A stretch of 64,000 nt of DNA, from assembly GCF_964213995.1 (NCBI RefSeq), contig NC_135805.1:145204001-145268000 (forward strand), read 5' to 3'. This stretch comes from Mustelus asterias. Taxonomy: Eukaryota. The notes beneath the pieces are model-generated. The model searched no databases, was not told where the DNA came from, and saw nothing but the letters and a program-made list of their open reading frames with translations. Of this stretch, positions 25,409-37,685 are shown piece by piece (within the stretch, counting starts at the first letter, position 1; every line of letters starts with the position of its first letter). Both the position numbers and the translations under genes were made by a program.

Positions 25409-28082
25409 TCACTTCTTTCCTGCTTTCTGAGATTTTGCTGCAATCGCTTTGGGTTTGGCCTTCGATGTCTTTCCCTTCGTGACCTTCTTCACAACAATCT
25501 TTTTCTTGGGTGTCACTTTCTTCATGCTCTTTTTTGGAGTCGCCTTCTTGATTGTTTTCTTGACTGTTTTCTTCGCTATGGGTTTCTTGGCTGCTGGTTT
25601 CTTCGCTGCTGGTTTCTTTGCTGCCGTTTTCTTTGTTGCCGATTTCTTTGTTGCTTTCTTGGCCACCGCTTTCTTCACTGGGGTTTTCTTGTCCGCTTTT
25701 GAGTTTTCCGCTCCGCTGTTTTCTGAGCGATTCTGTAGGAGCCGGAGGCGCCAATGCCGCGGAGCTGAATCAGCTTTCCATTTTCCACATTCCTCCTTAA
25801 ACTTTGCTTGATCAGGGCCACCCGTTTCTCCACATTCACCCCTTTGCTCCGCAGCTCCTTTTTGATGGCGGCAGCGGAGATTCCCTTGCGATCCTTGCAA
25901 TCCGCCACTATCACAATTGAAATGTGGAGCTTGTTCAAGGAACAGCTACTGCGTGTCCTTGATAAGTATGTACCTGTCAGGCAGGGAGGCAGAGGTCGAG
26001 CGAGGGAACCGTGGTTTACTAAAGAAGTTGAATCTCGTGTGAAGAGGAGGAAGGAGACTTATTAAAGATGAGACGTGAAGGCTCAGTTAGGGCGCTTGAG
26101 AGTTACAAGTTAGCCAGGAAGGACCTAAAGTGAGAGCCAAGAAGAGCCAGGAGGGGACATGAGAAGTCTTTGGCAGGTAGGATCAAGGAAAACCCTAAAG
26201 CTTTCTAGAGGTATGTCAGGAATAAAAGAATGACTAGGATAAGATTAGGGCCAGTCAAGGACAGTAGTGGGAAGTTGTGCGTGAAGTCCAAAGTTATAGG
26301 AGAGGCGCTAAATGAATATTTTTCGTCAGTATTCACACAGGAAAAAGACAATGTTGTTGAGGAGAATACTGAGATACAGGCTAGTAGACTAGAAGGGATT
26401 GAGGTTCATAAGGAGGAGGTGTTAGCAATTCTGGAAAATGTGAAAATAGATAAGTCCCCTGGGCCGGATGGGATTTATCCTAGGATTCTCTGGGAGGCTA
26501 GGGAAGACATTGCAGAGCCGTTGGCTTTGATCTTTATGTCGTCATTGTCTACAGGAACAGTGCCAGAAGACTGGAGGATAGCAAATGTTGTTCCCTTGTT
26601 CAAGAAGGGGAGTAGAGATAACCCTGGTAATTAAAGACCAGTGAGCATTGCTTCTGTTGTGGGCAACATTTTGGAAAGGATTCTAAGAGATAGGATTTAT
26701 AATAATCTAGAAAGGAATAATTTGATTAGTGATAGTCAACACGGATTTGTGAAGGATAGGTCGTGCCTCACAAACCTTATTGAGTTCTTTGAGAGGGTGA
26801 ACAAAGGTGGATAAGGGTAAAGTAGTTGATGTGGTGTACATGGATTTCAGTAAAGTGTTTGATAAGGTTCCCCACAGTAAGTTATTGCAGAAAATATGGA
26901 CGCATGGGATTGAGGATGATTTAGCAGTTTGGATCATAAATTGGCTAGCTGTAAGAAGACAGAGGGTGGTGGTTGATGGGAAATGTTCATCCCGGAGTTC
27001 AGTTACTAGTGGTGTACCACAAGGATCTGTTTTGGGGCCACTGCCTGGGTGAGGGTGTAGAAGGATGGGTTAGTAAATTTACGGATGACACTAAAGTCAG
27101 TGGAGTTGTGGACAGTGCGGAAGGATGTTGCAGGTTACAGAGGGACATAGATGAGCTGCAGAGCTGGGCTGAGAGGTGGCAAATGGAGTTTAATGCGGAA
27201 AAGTGTGAGGTGATTCACTTTGGAAGGAGTAACAGGAATACAGAGTACTGGGCTAATGGTAAGATACTCGGTAGTGTGGATGAGCAGAGAGATCTCGGTG
27301 TCCATGTGCGTAGATCTCTGAAAGTTGGCACCCAGGTTGATAGGATTGTTAAGAAGGCGTACGGTGTGTTAGGTTTTATTGGTAGAGGGATTGAGTTTCG
27401 GAGCCATGAGGTCATGTTGCAGTTGTACAAAACTCTGGTGCGGCCGCACATGGAGTATTGCATACAGTTCTGGTCGGTGCATTATAGGAAGGATGTGGAA
27501 GCATTGGAAAGAGTGCAGAGGAGATTTACCAGGATGTTGCCTGGTATGGTGGGAAGGTCTTCTGAGGAAAGGCTGTTTTCGTTAGAGAGAAGAAGGTTAA
27601 GAGGCGAATAAATAGAGGCATACAAGATGATCAGAGGATTAGATAGGGTGGACAGTGAGAGCCTTTTTCCTTGGATGGCTAGCACGAGGGGACATAGCTT
27701 TAAATTGAAGGGTGATAGATATAGGACAGATGTCAGAGGTAAGTTCTTTACTCAGAGAGTAGTAAGGGCGTGGAATGTCTGTCTGCAGCAGTAGTGGACT
27801 CGCCAACATTAAGGGCATTTAAATGGTCGTTGGATAAACATATGGATGATATTGGAATAGTGTAGGTTAGATGGGCTTTAGATTGGTTTCACATGTCGGC
27901 GCAACATCGAGGGCCGAAGGGCCTGTACTGCGCTGTAATGTTCTATATTCTATCTGGAGGATCAGATCGCCCAGACTGGGAACTGTTGCTTTGTTCCGGG
28001 GAGCCACTATCTTCTTCTTCTTGGCTGCCTCGCCCGTGGCGGCGGCTGGAGGAGCCGTTTCGGCAGCTGCATTGTCGCTCAT
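25409..28082 (-). pseudogene. H1: Histone H1 pseudogene split by a CR1 insertion, with a 5-bp frameshift
   Basis: 5' part 28082-27951 encodes MSDNAAAETAPPAA...PSLGDLILQI. 3' part encodes VADCKDRKGISAAAIKKEL...GIGASGSYRI, then a K/A/P-rich tail (KKPAAKK) in another frame. Confidence 0.92.
25913..27953 (+). mobile_element. CR1 LINE inserted in the H1 coding sequence
   Basis: ORF fragments KSPGPDG, YMDFSKVFDKV, KFTDDTK. Tail gttctatattctat. ctatc is duplicated at both junctions. Confidence 0.95.
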
Positions 28083-28159
28083 GTCCGGAACTCTGCACCA
28101 AATTTCTCCGTCAATGTGAACTGGATGAGAAATGAAGCGTCTGGAGGCAGCACTGAGCA

Positions 28160-28236
28160 ACTTAAAGGCAGCAAACGGACGGGGCGGAGACAAGCTGCTG
28201 TCAGCTCCAGGCTGCTGCTGCCTTCTCTGTGTTTCT
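28160..28236 (-). promoter_or_regulatory. H1 promoter: H1/AC box AAACACA, GC box, TATA-like element
   Basis: tgtgttt at 28228-28234 (AAACACA on the minus strand) and ggggcgg at 28181-28187. Confidence 0.65.
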
Positions 28237-28577
28237 CTCTCGTCCCAAACTCTCAATTTCCACTCAAATCCCGGCTCCACATTGTCCCAGGTTTAATCCT
28301 CACTGTGTCTGACATCCTAATGTCTGTTGTAGAAAAGATTTCACCCGGATTGAAGGCTGCATTTGGGATTAAATCCCGTTTCGCTGCTGTACTGTTCGCG
28401 CTCTCTCACCCCATCGCTGTCATCTTCCTCATTTTTCGACTGAAATCTGGAAACCGACATGGAAATTGCTTTGAAATCTAACTTTGAGAAGTAGGAGGGA
28501 TACAGGGGGAGAATTTGATTGAAAAATATTTTTATTTTACGCAAGAATGATGCGGACATCTCATGATCTGAACGGAC

Positions 28578-30363
28578 AGTGAGGGATAAAATTGGTCCTC
28601 TTGAAGACCAGAATGGTAGACTGTGTATGGAACCAAAAGAGATGGGGGAGATACTAAATGTTTTTCTTGCATCCGTATTTACTGAGGAAAAGGGCATGGA
28701 GTCTACGGAAATAGGGCAAACAGGTAGGGAGGTCATGGAACCTTTACAGATTAAAGGGGAGGAGGTGCTCGCTGTCTGGAGGCAAATCAGAGTGGATAAA
28801 TCCCCAGGACCGGACAGGGTATTCCCACGGACCTTGAGGGAAGCTAATGTTGAACTTGCAGGGGACCTGGCAGACATATTTAAAATGTCAGTATTCACGG
28901 GGGAGGTGCCGGATGATTGGAGGGTGGCTCATGTTGTTCCGTTGTTTAAAAAAGGTTCCAAAAGAAATCCGGGAAATTATAGGCCAGTAAGTGTGACGTC
29001 AGTGGTGGGCAAGTTATTGGGAGGTGTGATAAGGGATAGGATCTACAAATATTTGGATAGACAGGGACTTATTAGGGAGAGTCAACATGGCTTTGTGCGT
29101 GGTAGGTCATATTTGACCAATCTATTAGAGTTTTTCGAGGAGGTTACCTGGAAAGTGGATGAAGGGAAGGCAGTGGATGTTGTCTACCTGGATTTCAGCA
29201 AGGCCTTTGACAAGGTCCCTCATGGGAGGTTAGTTAGGAAGGTTCAGTCGCGAGGTATACATGGGGAGGTAGTAAATTGGATCACACACTGGCTCAATGG
29301 AAGAAACCAGAGAGTGGTTGTGGAGGATTGCTTCTCTGAGTGGAGGCCTGTGACTAGTGTGCCGCAGGGATCGGTGTTGGGTCCATTGCTGTTTGTCATC
29401 TATATCAATGAGCTGGATGATAATGTGGTAAATTGGATCAGCAAGTTTGCTGATGATACAAAGATTGGAGGTGCAGTGGACAGTGAGGAAGGTTTTCAAA
29501 GCTTGCAGAGGGATTTGGACCAACTGAAAAAATGGGCTGAAAAATGGCAAATGGAATTTAACGCAGACAAGTGCGAGATATTGCACTTTGGAAGGACAAA
29601 CCAAAGTAGAACGTAGAGGGTAAATGGTAGGACTCTGAAGAGTGCAGTTGAACAGAGGGATCTGGGAATACAGGTACAGAATTCCCTAAAAGTGACGTCA
29701 CAGGTGGATAGGGTCGTAAAGAGTGCCTTTGGTACATTTGCCTTTATAAATCAGAGTATCGAGTATAAAAGTTGGAGTGTTATGGTAAGGTTATATAAGG
29801 CATTGGTGAGGCCGAATTTGGAGTATTGTGTACAGTTTTGGTCACCTAGTTACAGGAAGGATGTAAATAAGGTTGAAAGAGTGCAGAGAAGGTTCACAAG
29901 GATGTTGCCGGGACTTGAGAAGCTGAGTTACAGAGAGAGATTGAATAGGTTGGGACTTTATTTCCTGGAGCGTAGAAGATTGAGTGGAGATTTGATAGAG
30001 GTGTATAAGATTTTGATGGGTATAGATAGAGTGAATGCAAGCAGGCTTTTTCCGCTGAGGCTCGGGGAGAAAAAAACCAGAGGGCATGGGTTAAGGGTGA
30101 AAGGAGAAAAGTTTAAAGGGAATATTAGGGGGGGGCCTCTTCACGCAGAGAGTGGTGGGAGTGTGGAATGAGCTGCCGGATAAAGTGGTAAATGCGGGGT
30201 CACTTTTAACATTTAAGAAAAACTTGGACGGGTTCATGGATGAGAGGGGTGTGGAGGGATATGGTCCAAGTGCAGGTCAGTGGGACTAGGCAAAAAATGG
30301 TTCGGCACAGACAAGAAGGGCCAAAAGGCCTGTTTCTGAGCTGTAATTTTCTATGGTTCTATG
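28578..30363 (+). mobile_element. CR1 LINE, 5'-truncated, little decayed
   Basis: 345-aa and 159-aa ORFs with a full RT motif set; tail ttctatggttctatg. Confidence 0.95.
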
Positions 30364-31019
30364 GACACACAAACACAGTGATATTCTCCTGTTTCCCCCG
30401 CCCCTATCACACACACTCTCTCCTGCGCAATATTCACATCTGCACAATCCCAGGCTAAAATGTTTTAGAATTTTAAACTTCCCAGGGCATATTGAATCCC
30501 CCCTCTTCGACACTTGCCCCCGTTATGTTGGATAATTGTAAATTCTATATTCACTTTGTTAATCTCTCTGTATTTCCTGCCCCACATATTGAGTGTTAAC
30601 CTCACTCCCCAGCAGCAGCGAATCAGATGTGTTTTCAAGAAATTACATTGATCGTGCACCTTTCTTCAAGGTGAAAATACAAATGATCTCTTCACTAAAA
30701 CTGGAGATTTTCCAGTTTGAGGTTATCCTCCTGCACTGCTCAGTAACACTGAACCCTGAACTCAAATTGCAGGGATGTCTCCAGTTAAAGAAGAGTCCTA
30801 CAGCTGCTGTTAGTGGGGTTGCTAACAGTGACAGGTAAACGCTGACCATTCTGGTCCGAACTGGAGATTTAAAAACTAAAGATAAAATCATGGACCAGGA
30901 CATTCCAAGGAAACGGCATAAGTGACTATCTCGCCCCACAACACGGCAGCAGTGTTCACAGTGTCAGGGTTACACATGTTACAATTTTGTCCACAACGCG
31001 CGCAATAAGATACTGCAAA

Positions 31020-31510
31020 TGAGGAGAGAGATGGGGAGACACTTAGCCACAGACAGAAAGAGAGAGAGATTGTGATACTCAGAGAGAGGGAGAAGGAGAA
31101 AGAAACAGGAAGATAGAGGAACAGAGAGGCAGACAGAGTGAGAGAAAGAATGAAAGGGGCATAGAGAAAAACAAAGGGATAAAGAGAGATGTGAAAATGG
31201 GAGATACATATAGTTTGAGAGAGGCAGACATAAACACGCGCAGCAAAATAAAGAGAAAGAGAGACAGAGAGGGGGACATAGAGGGACAGAAAGACAGAGA
31301 AGAGAATGGGAAACAGAGAGAGAGGGAGACAGAGAGCCAGAGAATGACAGATGGGCAGCCATATAGAGACAGGCATAGAGAGACATAGAAAGTCACATTG
31401 AGATGGCAGACACAGTGACAGAGAATGAGAGATAGACTGCGAGAGATAGAAAGGGAGAGAGACATACAAAGACAGAGAAAATGAATTAGAGACAGAGAGA
31501 GAAGGAAAGA
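31020..31510 (+). repeat. GA-rich low-complexity tract
   Basis: Degenerate (GA)n and (GACA)n. Confidence 0.85.
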
Positions 31511-31699
31511 TTCAATACTACAGTACCAAGCTTTGTGTCAATATCAGAATGAAGAACAATATTACACAAACACATGCATTAGTAGATGATGTAAGATGCG
31601 GTATGAATACATAGATATCACAATCCATAACTGCGCCAAAAGCATATGTACATTCTCAAAGGGAGATAGAATTGGAAACAGATCAGATTAGAGGAGGTT

Positions 31700-32908
31700 G
31701 TAAAACGGGGGACTGTGTATACCGGAGGAGTGTTTAAAACCAGGGTCTGTGTAACATCAAGTGAGTGTGTGAAGTGTGTATACCAGGGGTGTGAAGCAGG
31801 AAAGTGTAAACTGGGGGAGTATGTATACCTGAGGATGTGTGCACACGAGGGGAGTGAGTAAAAGTCCAGCTATATGTTCTCTTCTAAAGCACAGGAGTAT
31901 GCAAGCAGAGGGAGTGTGTAAATCAGGGGTGTGTACAAGGAGGGGAGAGTACAAACCAGGGAACTGTTAAATTGAGGGATGTATGTCAATGCACAGGAAC
32001 ATGAAAAACTGGGAGAGTGCACAAACCAGGGGATTGTGCAAAGAAGGGGAGTGCGCAAACCAGAGGCTGAAGAGTGCGCAAACCAGGGGAGTGTATAAAC
32101 TGGGAGGGGGGGGGGGTGCACAAACCAGGGGGGTGCGCAAACCAGGGGGGTGCACAAAGCAGGGGGTGAACAAAACAGGGGGGTGCACAAAGCAGGGGGT
32201 GAACAAAACAGGGGGGTGCACAAAGCAGGGGGGTGCGTAAACCAGGGGAGCGTGCAAACCGGGGGAGTACGCAAACCGGGGAGTGAGTAAACAAGGGGCA
32301 TGTGTAAAACAGGGGAGTGAGTAAGCCAGGGGAATGTGTAAAACAGGGGAGTGCGCAAACCAGGGGGGAGTGCACAAATCAGGGGAGTGCGTAAACTCGA
32401 GGAGTGCAGAAACCAGAGGAGTTTGTAAACCAGGAGAGTGTGTAAACCTCGGGAGTGCGTAAACCAGTCGATTGCGCAAACGGAGGAGTGAGTAAAATAG
32501 AGGAATGCGCAAACCAGGGGAGTGCTTAAACCAGGGGAGAGTGTGAACCAGGGGGAGAGCGTGAACCAGGGCAGAACATGAACCAGGGGAGTGTCTAAAC
32601 CAGGGGAGTGTCTAAACCAGGGGAGTGTGTAAAACAGGGCAGTGTGTAAACCAGGGGAGTGTGTAAACCAGGGGAGTGTGTAAACCAGGGGAGTGTGTAA
32701 ACCAGGGGAGTGAGTAAACCAGGGGAGTGTGTAAACCAGGGGAGTGTGTAAACCAGGGGAGTGTGTAAACCAGGGGAGTGTGTAAACCAGGGGAGTGTGT
32801 AAACCAGGGGTGTGTGTAAACCAGGGGAGTGTGTAAACCAGGGGTGTGTGTAAACCAGGGGTGTGTGTAAACCAGGGGAGTGTGTAAACCAGGGGAGTGT
32901 GTAAACCA
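31700..32908 (+). repeat. 17-bp minisatellite (aaaccaggggagtgtgt)n
   Basis: Near-perfect units at ~32580-32908, increasingly degenerate leftwards. Confidence 0.92.
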
Positions 32909-33456
32909 TATTACCTGAACAAACTCACATTTACAACCATTATTTTGCAATTGTGCCTTTGTCTATATATGCCGTGTTTGTGAAGCCTACCTCTTCATTC
33001 ATCTGTTGAAGGAGCAGCACTTCAAAAGCTTGTGATTCCAAATAAATCTGTTGGACTTTAACCTAGTATTAGAATCATAGAAACACTGCAGTGCAGAAAG
33101 AGGCCATTTGGCCCATCGAGTCTGCACTGACCACAATCCCAACCAGGCCCTACCCCCATATCCCTACATATTTACCCGCTATTCCCGCTAACCTACGCAT
33201 CTCAGGACACTAAGGGGCAATTTTAGCATGGCTAATCAACCTAACCCGCACATCTTTGGACTGTGGGAGGAAACCGGAGCACCCAGAGGAACCCTTCGCA
33301 GACACGAGGAGAATGTGCAAACTCCACACAGACAGTGACCCAAGGCTGGAATTGAACCCGAGTCCCTGGAGCTGTGAAGCAGCAGTGCTGACCACCTTGC
33401 TACCGTGCCGTGTTGTGAGACTTCTTATTGTGCCTCCGCCGGCACCTCCACATCAT
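32909..33456 (+). mobile_element. Old Penelope pLTR fragment interrupted by an HE1-like SINE (33070-33411, -)
   Basis: catctgttgaaggagcagcacttcaaaagcttgtg...aaataaatctgttggactttaacc, resuming at gttgtgagacttctta...cacctccacatcat. Confidence 0.75.
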
Positions 33457-33529
33457 CTCTTGTCCCTGAACCATTCTCTCTGCTTCGCTATTTATTTTTG
33501 GATTTAATTGTGTCAGCCACCATTATGAG

Positions 33530-33795
33530 TGAGAGCGAGCTTCCTATTGGCTGAAAATGGTTGATTGACATTGCTCTTCGCCATTTAGCCGGGAGGATCA
33601 TGGAGATCCCGCCCATCAATGGGTTTCGCGACTCGGCCGTTAAACCGCCCGCGCGCGATACGGCCATTGCGAGTGATGTCACGCCTGGGCAGTGCGCATG
33701 TGTGGAATCTCCCAATGCACAGGAAAGGCGCTGCTCTGATCAGCGCGCTTGCGCGGGACTGCCTCTGAGTGTGGCTGCTATGGTGGCAGGTGAGG
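33530..33795 (+). promoter_or_regulatory. CpG-rich promoter and probable first exon
   Basis: CpG-dense and non-repetitive. attgg box, NRF1-like tgcgcatgtg (33693) and gcgcttgcgc (33745), splice donor CAG|GTGAGG at 33789/33790. Confidence 0.55.
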
Positions 33796-34027
33796 GCGAG
33801 TGGAAACGGTGTGAGGTGAATGAGAAGTAGTTTGAATATTGATCATTCGGGTCGGAATTACAAGAATTAACTGGATATCTGGTGTTATCGTTATATTGTT
33901 TAAACAAAGACTGTTTCTGGAGAGTAATCCTCAGTTTGGAAAGAATATGGCGAATTTCCGCTTTTCACCTGAAAAGAAACCAAACCCGAGACAGAAAAAT
34001 AGTAAATCATCTGAAAACATGTATGGC

Positions 34028-34302
34028 GGGAGGATGGAGCCGGTGTGTAACCCGGGGCGGAGAGGGGGAGACGGCGCGTGACCCGGGGCGGAGGAGGAGG
34101 GTCCGGCGCGTGACCCTGGGAAGAGCGGGGGTCCGGCGCGTGACCCTGGGAGGAGCGGGTCCGGCGCGTGACCCGGGGAGGAGGGGGTCCGGCGCGTGAC
34201 CCGGGGAGGAGGGGGTCCGGCGCGTGACCCGGGGAGGAGGGGGTCCGGCGCGTGACCCGGGGAGGAGGGGGTCCGGCGCGTGACCCGGGGAGGATGGAGC
34301 CA
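34028..34302 (+). repeat. 28-bp GC-rich VNTR (ccggcgcgtgacccggggaggagggggt)n
   Basis: About 8-9 units, bounded by repeated gggaggatggagcc. Confidence 0.92.
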
Positions 34303-34329
34303 GGGAGATCAAACACTGTGCTGTAACAT

Positions 34330-35782
34330 GGGAACATGTAGGTGCAGCAGGTGGTAAAGAAGGCAAATGGTATGTTCACCTTCATTGCGAGAGGTTTAAG
34401 AAGGGAGGGAGGCAGCAGATGGGAAATTATAGGCTGGTTAACCTAACCTCAGTCATTGGCAAGATTTTAGAGTCCATTATTAAAGATGAGATCGCAGAGT
34501 ACTTGGAAGTGCATGATAAAGTAGGACTGAGTCAGCACGGCTTTGTCAAGGGGAGGTCATGTATGACAAATCTGTTCGAGTTCTTTGAGGTAACAAGGAA
34601 GTTAGATAATGGAGAACCATTGGACATGATTTATTTAGATTTCCAGAAGGCCTTTGACAAGGTGCCACATAGGAGACTGTTCAATAAGTTAAGTGCCCAT
34701 GGTGTTAAAGGTAAGATCCTGGCATGGATAGAGGGTTGGCTGACTGGCAGAAGACAGAGTGGGGATAAAGGGGGCTTTTTCAGGATGGCAGCCTGTGACT
34801 AGTGGTGTGCCTCAGGGGTCAGTGTTCGGACCACAACTTTTCACAATATACATTAACGATTTGGAAGAAGGAACTGAAGACATTGTTGCAATATTTGCAG
34901 ATGATACAAAGATATGTAGAGGGAAGCAGGGGGGCTGCTAAAGGACTTGGACAGGTTAGGAGAATCGGCAAAGAAGTGGCAGATGGATACATTGTGGAAA
35001 AGTGAGGTTACGCACTTTGGAAGGTGGAATGGAGGCATAGACTATTTTCTAAATGGGGAAATGCTTAGGAAATCAGAAACACACAGAGACTTGGGAGTCC
35101 TTTTTCAAGATTCTCAAGGTTAACGTGCAGGTTCAGTCAGCAGTTGGGAAGGCAAATCCAATGTTAGCATTCATGTTGAGAGGGCTAGAATACAAGAGCA
35201 GGGTTGTTCTTTTGAGGCTGTATAAGGCTCTGCTCAGACCCCATTTGGAGTATTGTGAGCAGTTTTGGGCCCCATATCTAAGGAAGGATGTGCTGGCCTT
35301 GGAAAGAGTCCAGAGGAGGTTCACAAGAATGATCCCTGGAATGAAGAGCTTGTCATATGAGGAAGGGTTGAGGACTCTGGGTCTGTACTCGTTGGAGTTT
35401 AGTCGGATGAGGGGGGAATATTGTTGAAACTTGCGGGATACTGCGAGGCCTGGATAGAGTGGACGTGGAGAGGATGTTTCCACTAGCAGGAAAAACTAGA
35501 ACCAGAGGGCACAACTCAGGCTTAAGGGGCGATCCTTTAAAACAGTGATGAGGAGGAATTTCTTGAGCGAGAGTGTGGTGAATCTGTGGAACTCTTTGCC
35601 GCAGAAGGCTGTGGAGGCCGGGTCATTGAGTGTCTTTAACACAGAGATAGATAGGTTCTTGATTATTAAGGGGTTATGGGGAAAAGACGGGAGAATGGGA
35701 GTAAGAAAAAAATCAGCCATGATTGAATGGTGGAGCAGACTCGATGGGCCAAATGGCCTAATTCTGCTCCTATGTCTTATGG
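34330..35782 (+). mobile_element. CR1 LINE, decayed
   Basis: NYRLVNLTS, YLDFQKAFDKVPH, IFADDTK and a CR1 tail. Confidence 0.9.
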
Positions 35783-35799
35783 ATCAGATCTAAGCTCTG

Positions 35800-37220
35800 C
35801 AGTGCTGCCACATTCAGCCATGATGATGTTGGACAATTAAATAACTCAATGGAGGAGGAGGCTCCACATATATCCCCTTCCTCAGTAATGAAGGAGCCCA
35901 GCACATCAGTGCAGGAAAAAAGAGGCTGAAGCATGGGCAACAATTTTAGCCAGAATTGCCAACTGGATGATCCACTCAGCTTCCTCTGGAGGTCTCCAGC
36001 ATAGTAAGAAGTCTCACAACACCAGGTTAAAGTCCAACAGGTTTATTTGGTGGGGGTTACTGATAATGTGACATAAACCCAACATCCCGGTTTAGGCCGT
36101 CCTCATGTGTGCGGAACTTGGCTGTCAGTTTCTGCTCAGCGACTCTGTGCTGTTGTGTGTTGTGAAGGCCGCCTTGGAGAATGCTTACCTGAAGATCCAA
36201 GGCTGAATGCCCGTGACCCCCACAGCTTGCCTCCTGGACTTGCAGAATCTCACCAGCTGTCCTGTCTGGAGACAATACACACCTCTTTAACCTGTGTTTA
36301 ATGCTCCCTCCACCCACATTGTCTGTACCTTTTAGACCTAGCTGGCTGTAGGGATTCGCATTCTAATCAGTATTCTGTAACTTGATTTTGTGTCTGTTTG
36401 CACTGTTTGAGAGCACATTTCCACTCCATCTGACGAAGGAGCAGTGCTCCGAAAGCTTATGGTATTTGCTACCAAATAAACCTGTTGGACTTTAACCTGG
36501 TGTTGAGACTTCTTGCTGTGTTCACCCCAGTCCAATGCCGGCATCTCCACATCATGGTCTCCAGCATCACAGGCCTCAGTCTTCAGCAAATTTGATTCTC
36601 TCCATGATATCAAGAAACCGCTGAAGGCACTGAAAACTGTAAAATGCTATGGACCCTGACAATATTCAGGCAGCAGTACTGAAGATGTGTGCTCCAAAAC
36701 ATGTTGCTCCCCTAAACAAGCTGTCCCAGTTGCAGTTACAGCAATGAGGAAAATTGCCAAGGTATGTCAAGTGCACAAATAGGACAAATCCAACCGGCCC
36801 AATTAGTCTTGATCACTAGTAACGCGATGAGTGGTCATAAACTGTGCTATCAAGCAGCACCTGCTCAGCAATAACCTGCTCACTAAAGATTAGTTTGACT
36901 TCTGCCAAGGTCACTCAGCTCCTGACCTCATTACAGCCTTTGATCAAGCATGAACAAAAGAGCTGAATTCCAGAGGTGAGGTGCGAGTAACTTTCCTTGA
37001 CATTAACACAATATTTGACTGAATATGGCATCAAGGAATGATATCAAGAGGAAAATTCTCTGCTGGCTAGTCATTCTTGGCGCAAAGGTACATGGTTGTG
37101 GTGGTTGGAGGTCAACCGTCTTAGCTCCAGGACAACATTGCAGGAGTTCCTCAGGGTTGTGGCATAATTCCAACCATCTTCAGCTGCTCCTTTCGATTTT
37201 CCGTTGATTGCACAATGTTC
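35800..37220 (+). mobile_element. Old CR1/L2-group LINE fragment (same family as ~56100-57540), host of the Penelope at 36003
   Basis: Decayed AM.PDNI.A.VLK.CAP motif and RT remnants. Confidence 0.6.
36003..36555 (+). mobile_element. Rearranged Penelope-like element with a 12-bp TSD and hammerhead motif (36426-36462)
   Basis: TSD ggtctccagcat at 35991-36002 and 36556-36567. Homologous to 23370-23850. Motif ccatCTGACGAaggagcagtgctccGAAAgcTTAtgg. Confidence 0.88.
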
Positions 37221-37239
37221 ATCCCATATTCAGTGGGCT

Positions 37240-37685
37240 GACATGAGGAAAGGTTGAGTTCAATACAGCTATATTCTCTTGAGTACTGAAGAATGAGGGA
37301 GGATCTTGCAGAAACCTATAAAATTCTAACATGACTAGCCAGGGTAGATGCAGGAAGTATGTTCCTGATGGTAGAGGAGTCCAGAGCCAGGGGTTGTAGT
37401 CTAAGGATAATGGGTAAACGCTTTCGGACTGAGATGAGAAATTTCTTCACTCAGAGAATGATGAGTCTCTGGAACTATCTACCACAGAAACACTTGAGGT
37501 CACAACAACAAATGTTTTCAGGGAGGAGTTAAATATAGGCTGCAAAGAGACATAGATAGGATGCAAAGCTGGGCTGAAAAATGGCATATGGAGTTTAACC
37601 CTGATAAATGTGAGGTGATTCATTTTGGTAGGACAAATTTAAATGTGGATTACAGGGTCAAAGGTAGGGTTCTGAAGACTGGAGG
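37240..37685 (+). mobile_element. CR1 fragments
   Basis: Decayed 3' ORF2 piece, then MQSWAEKWHMEFNPDKCEVIHFG. Confidence 0.7.

Noticed and set aside
30716-30834. Possible exon (ttttccag|...CAG|gtaaac)
   Set aside because: The splice-like ends are plausible, but the peptide is unrecognisable and there is no partner exon.
32580-32908. CRISPR-like array
   Set aside because: Head-to-tail repeats with no unique spacers, in eukaryotic DNA with no cas genes.
30888-32950. Long ORFs in the GA tract and 17-bp array (also 33900-34385, 58972-59352, 61807-62160)
   Set aside because: Translations of low-complexity or tandem repeats.
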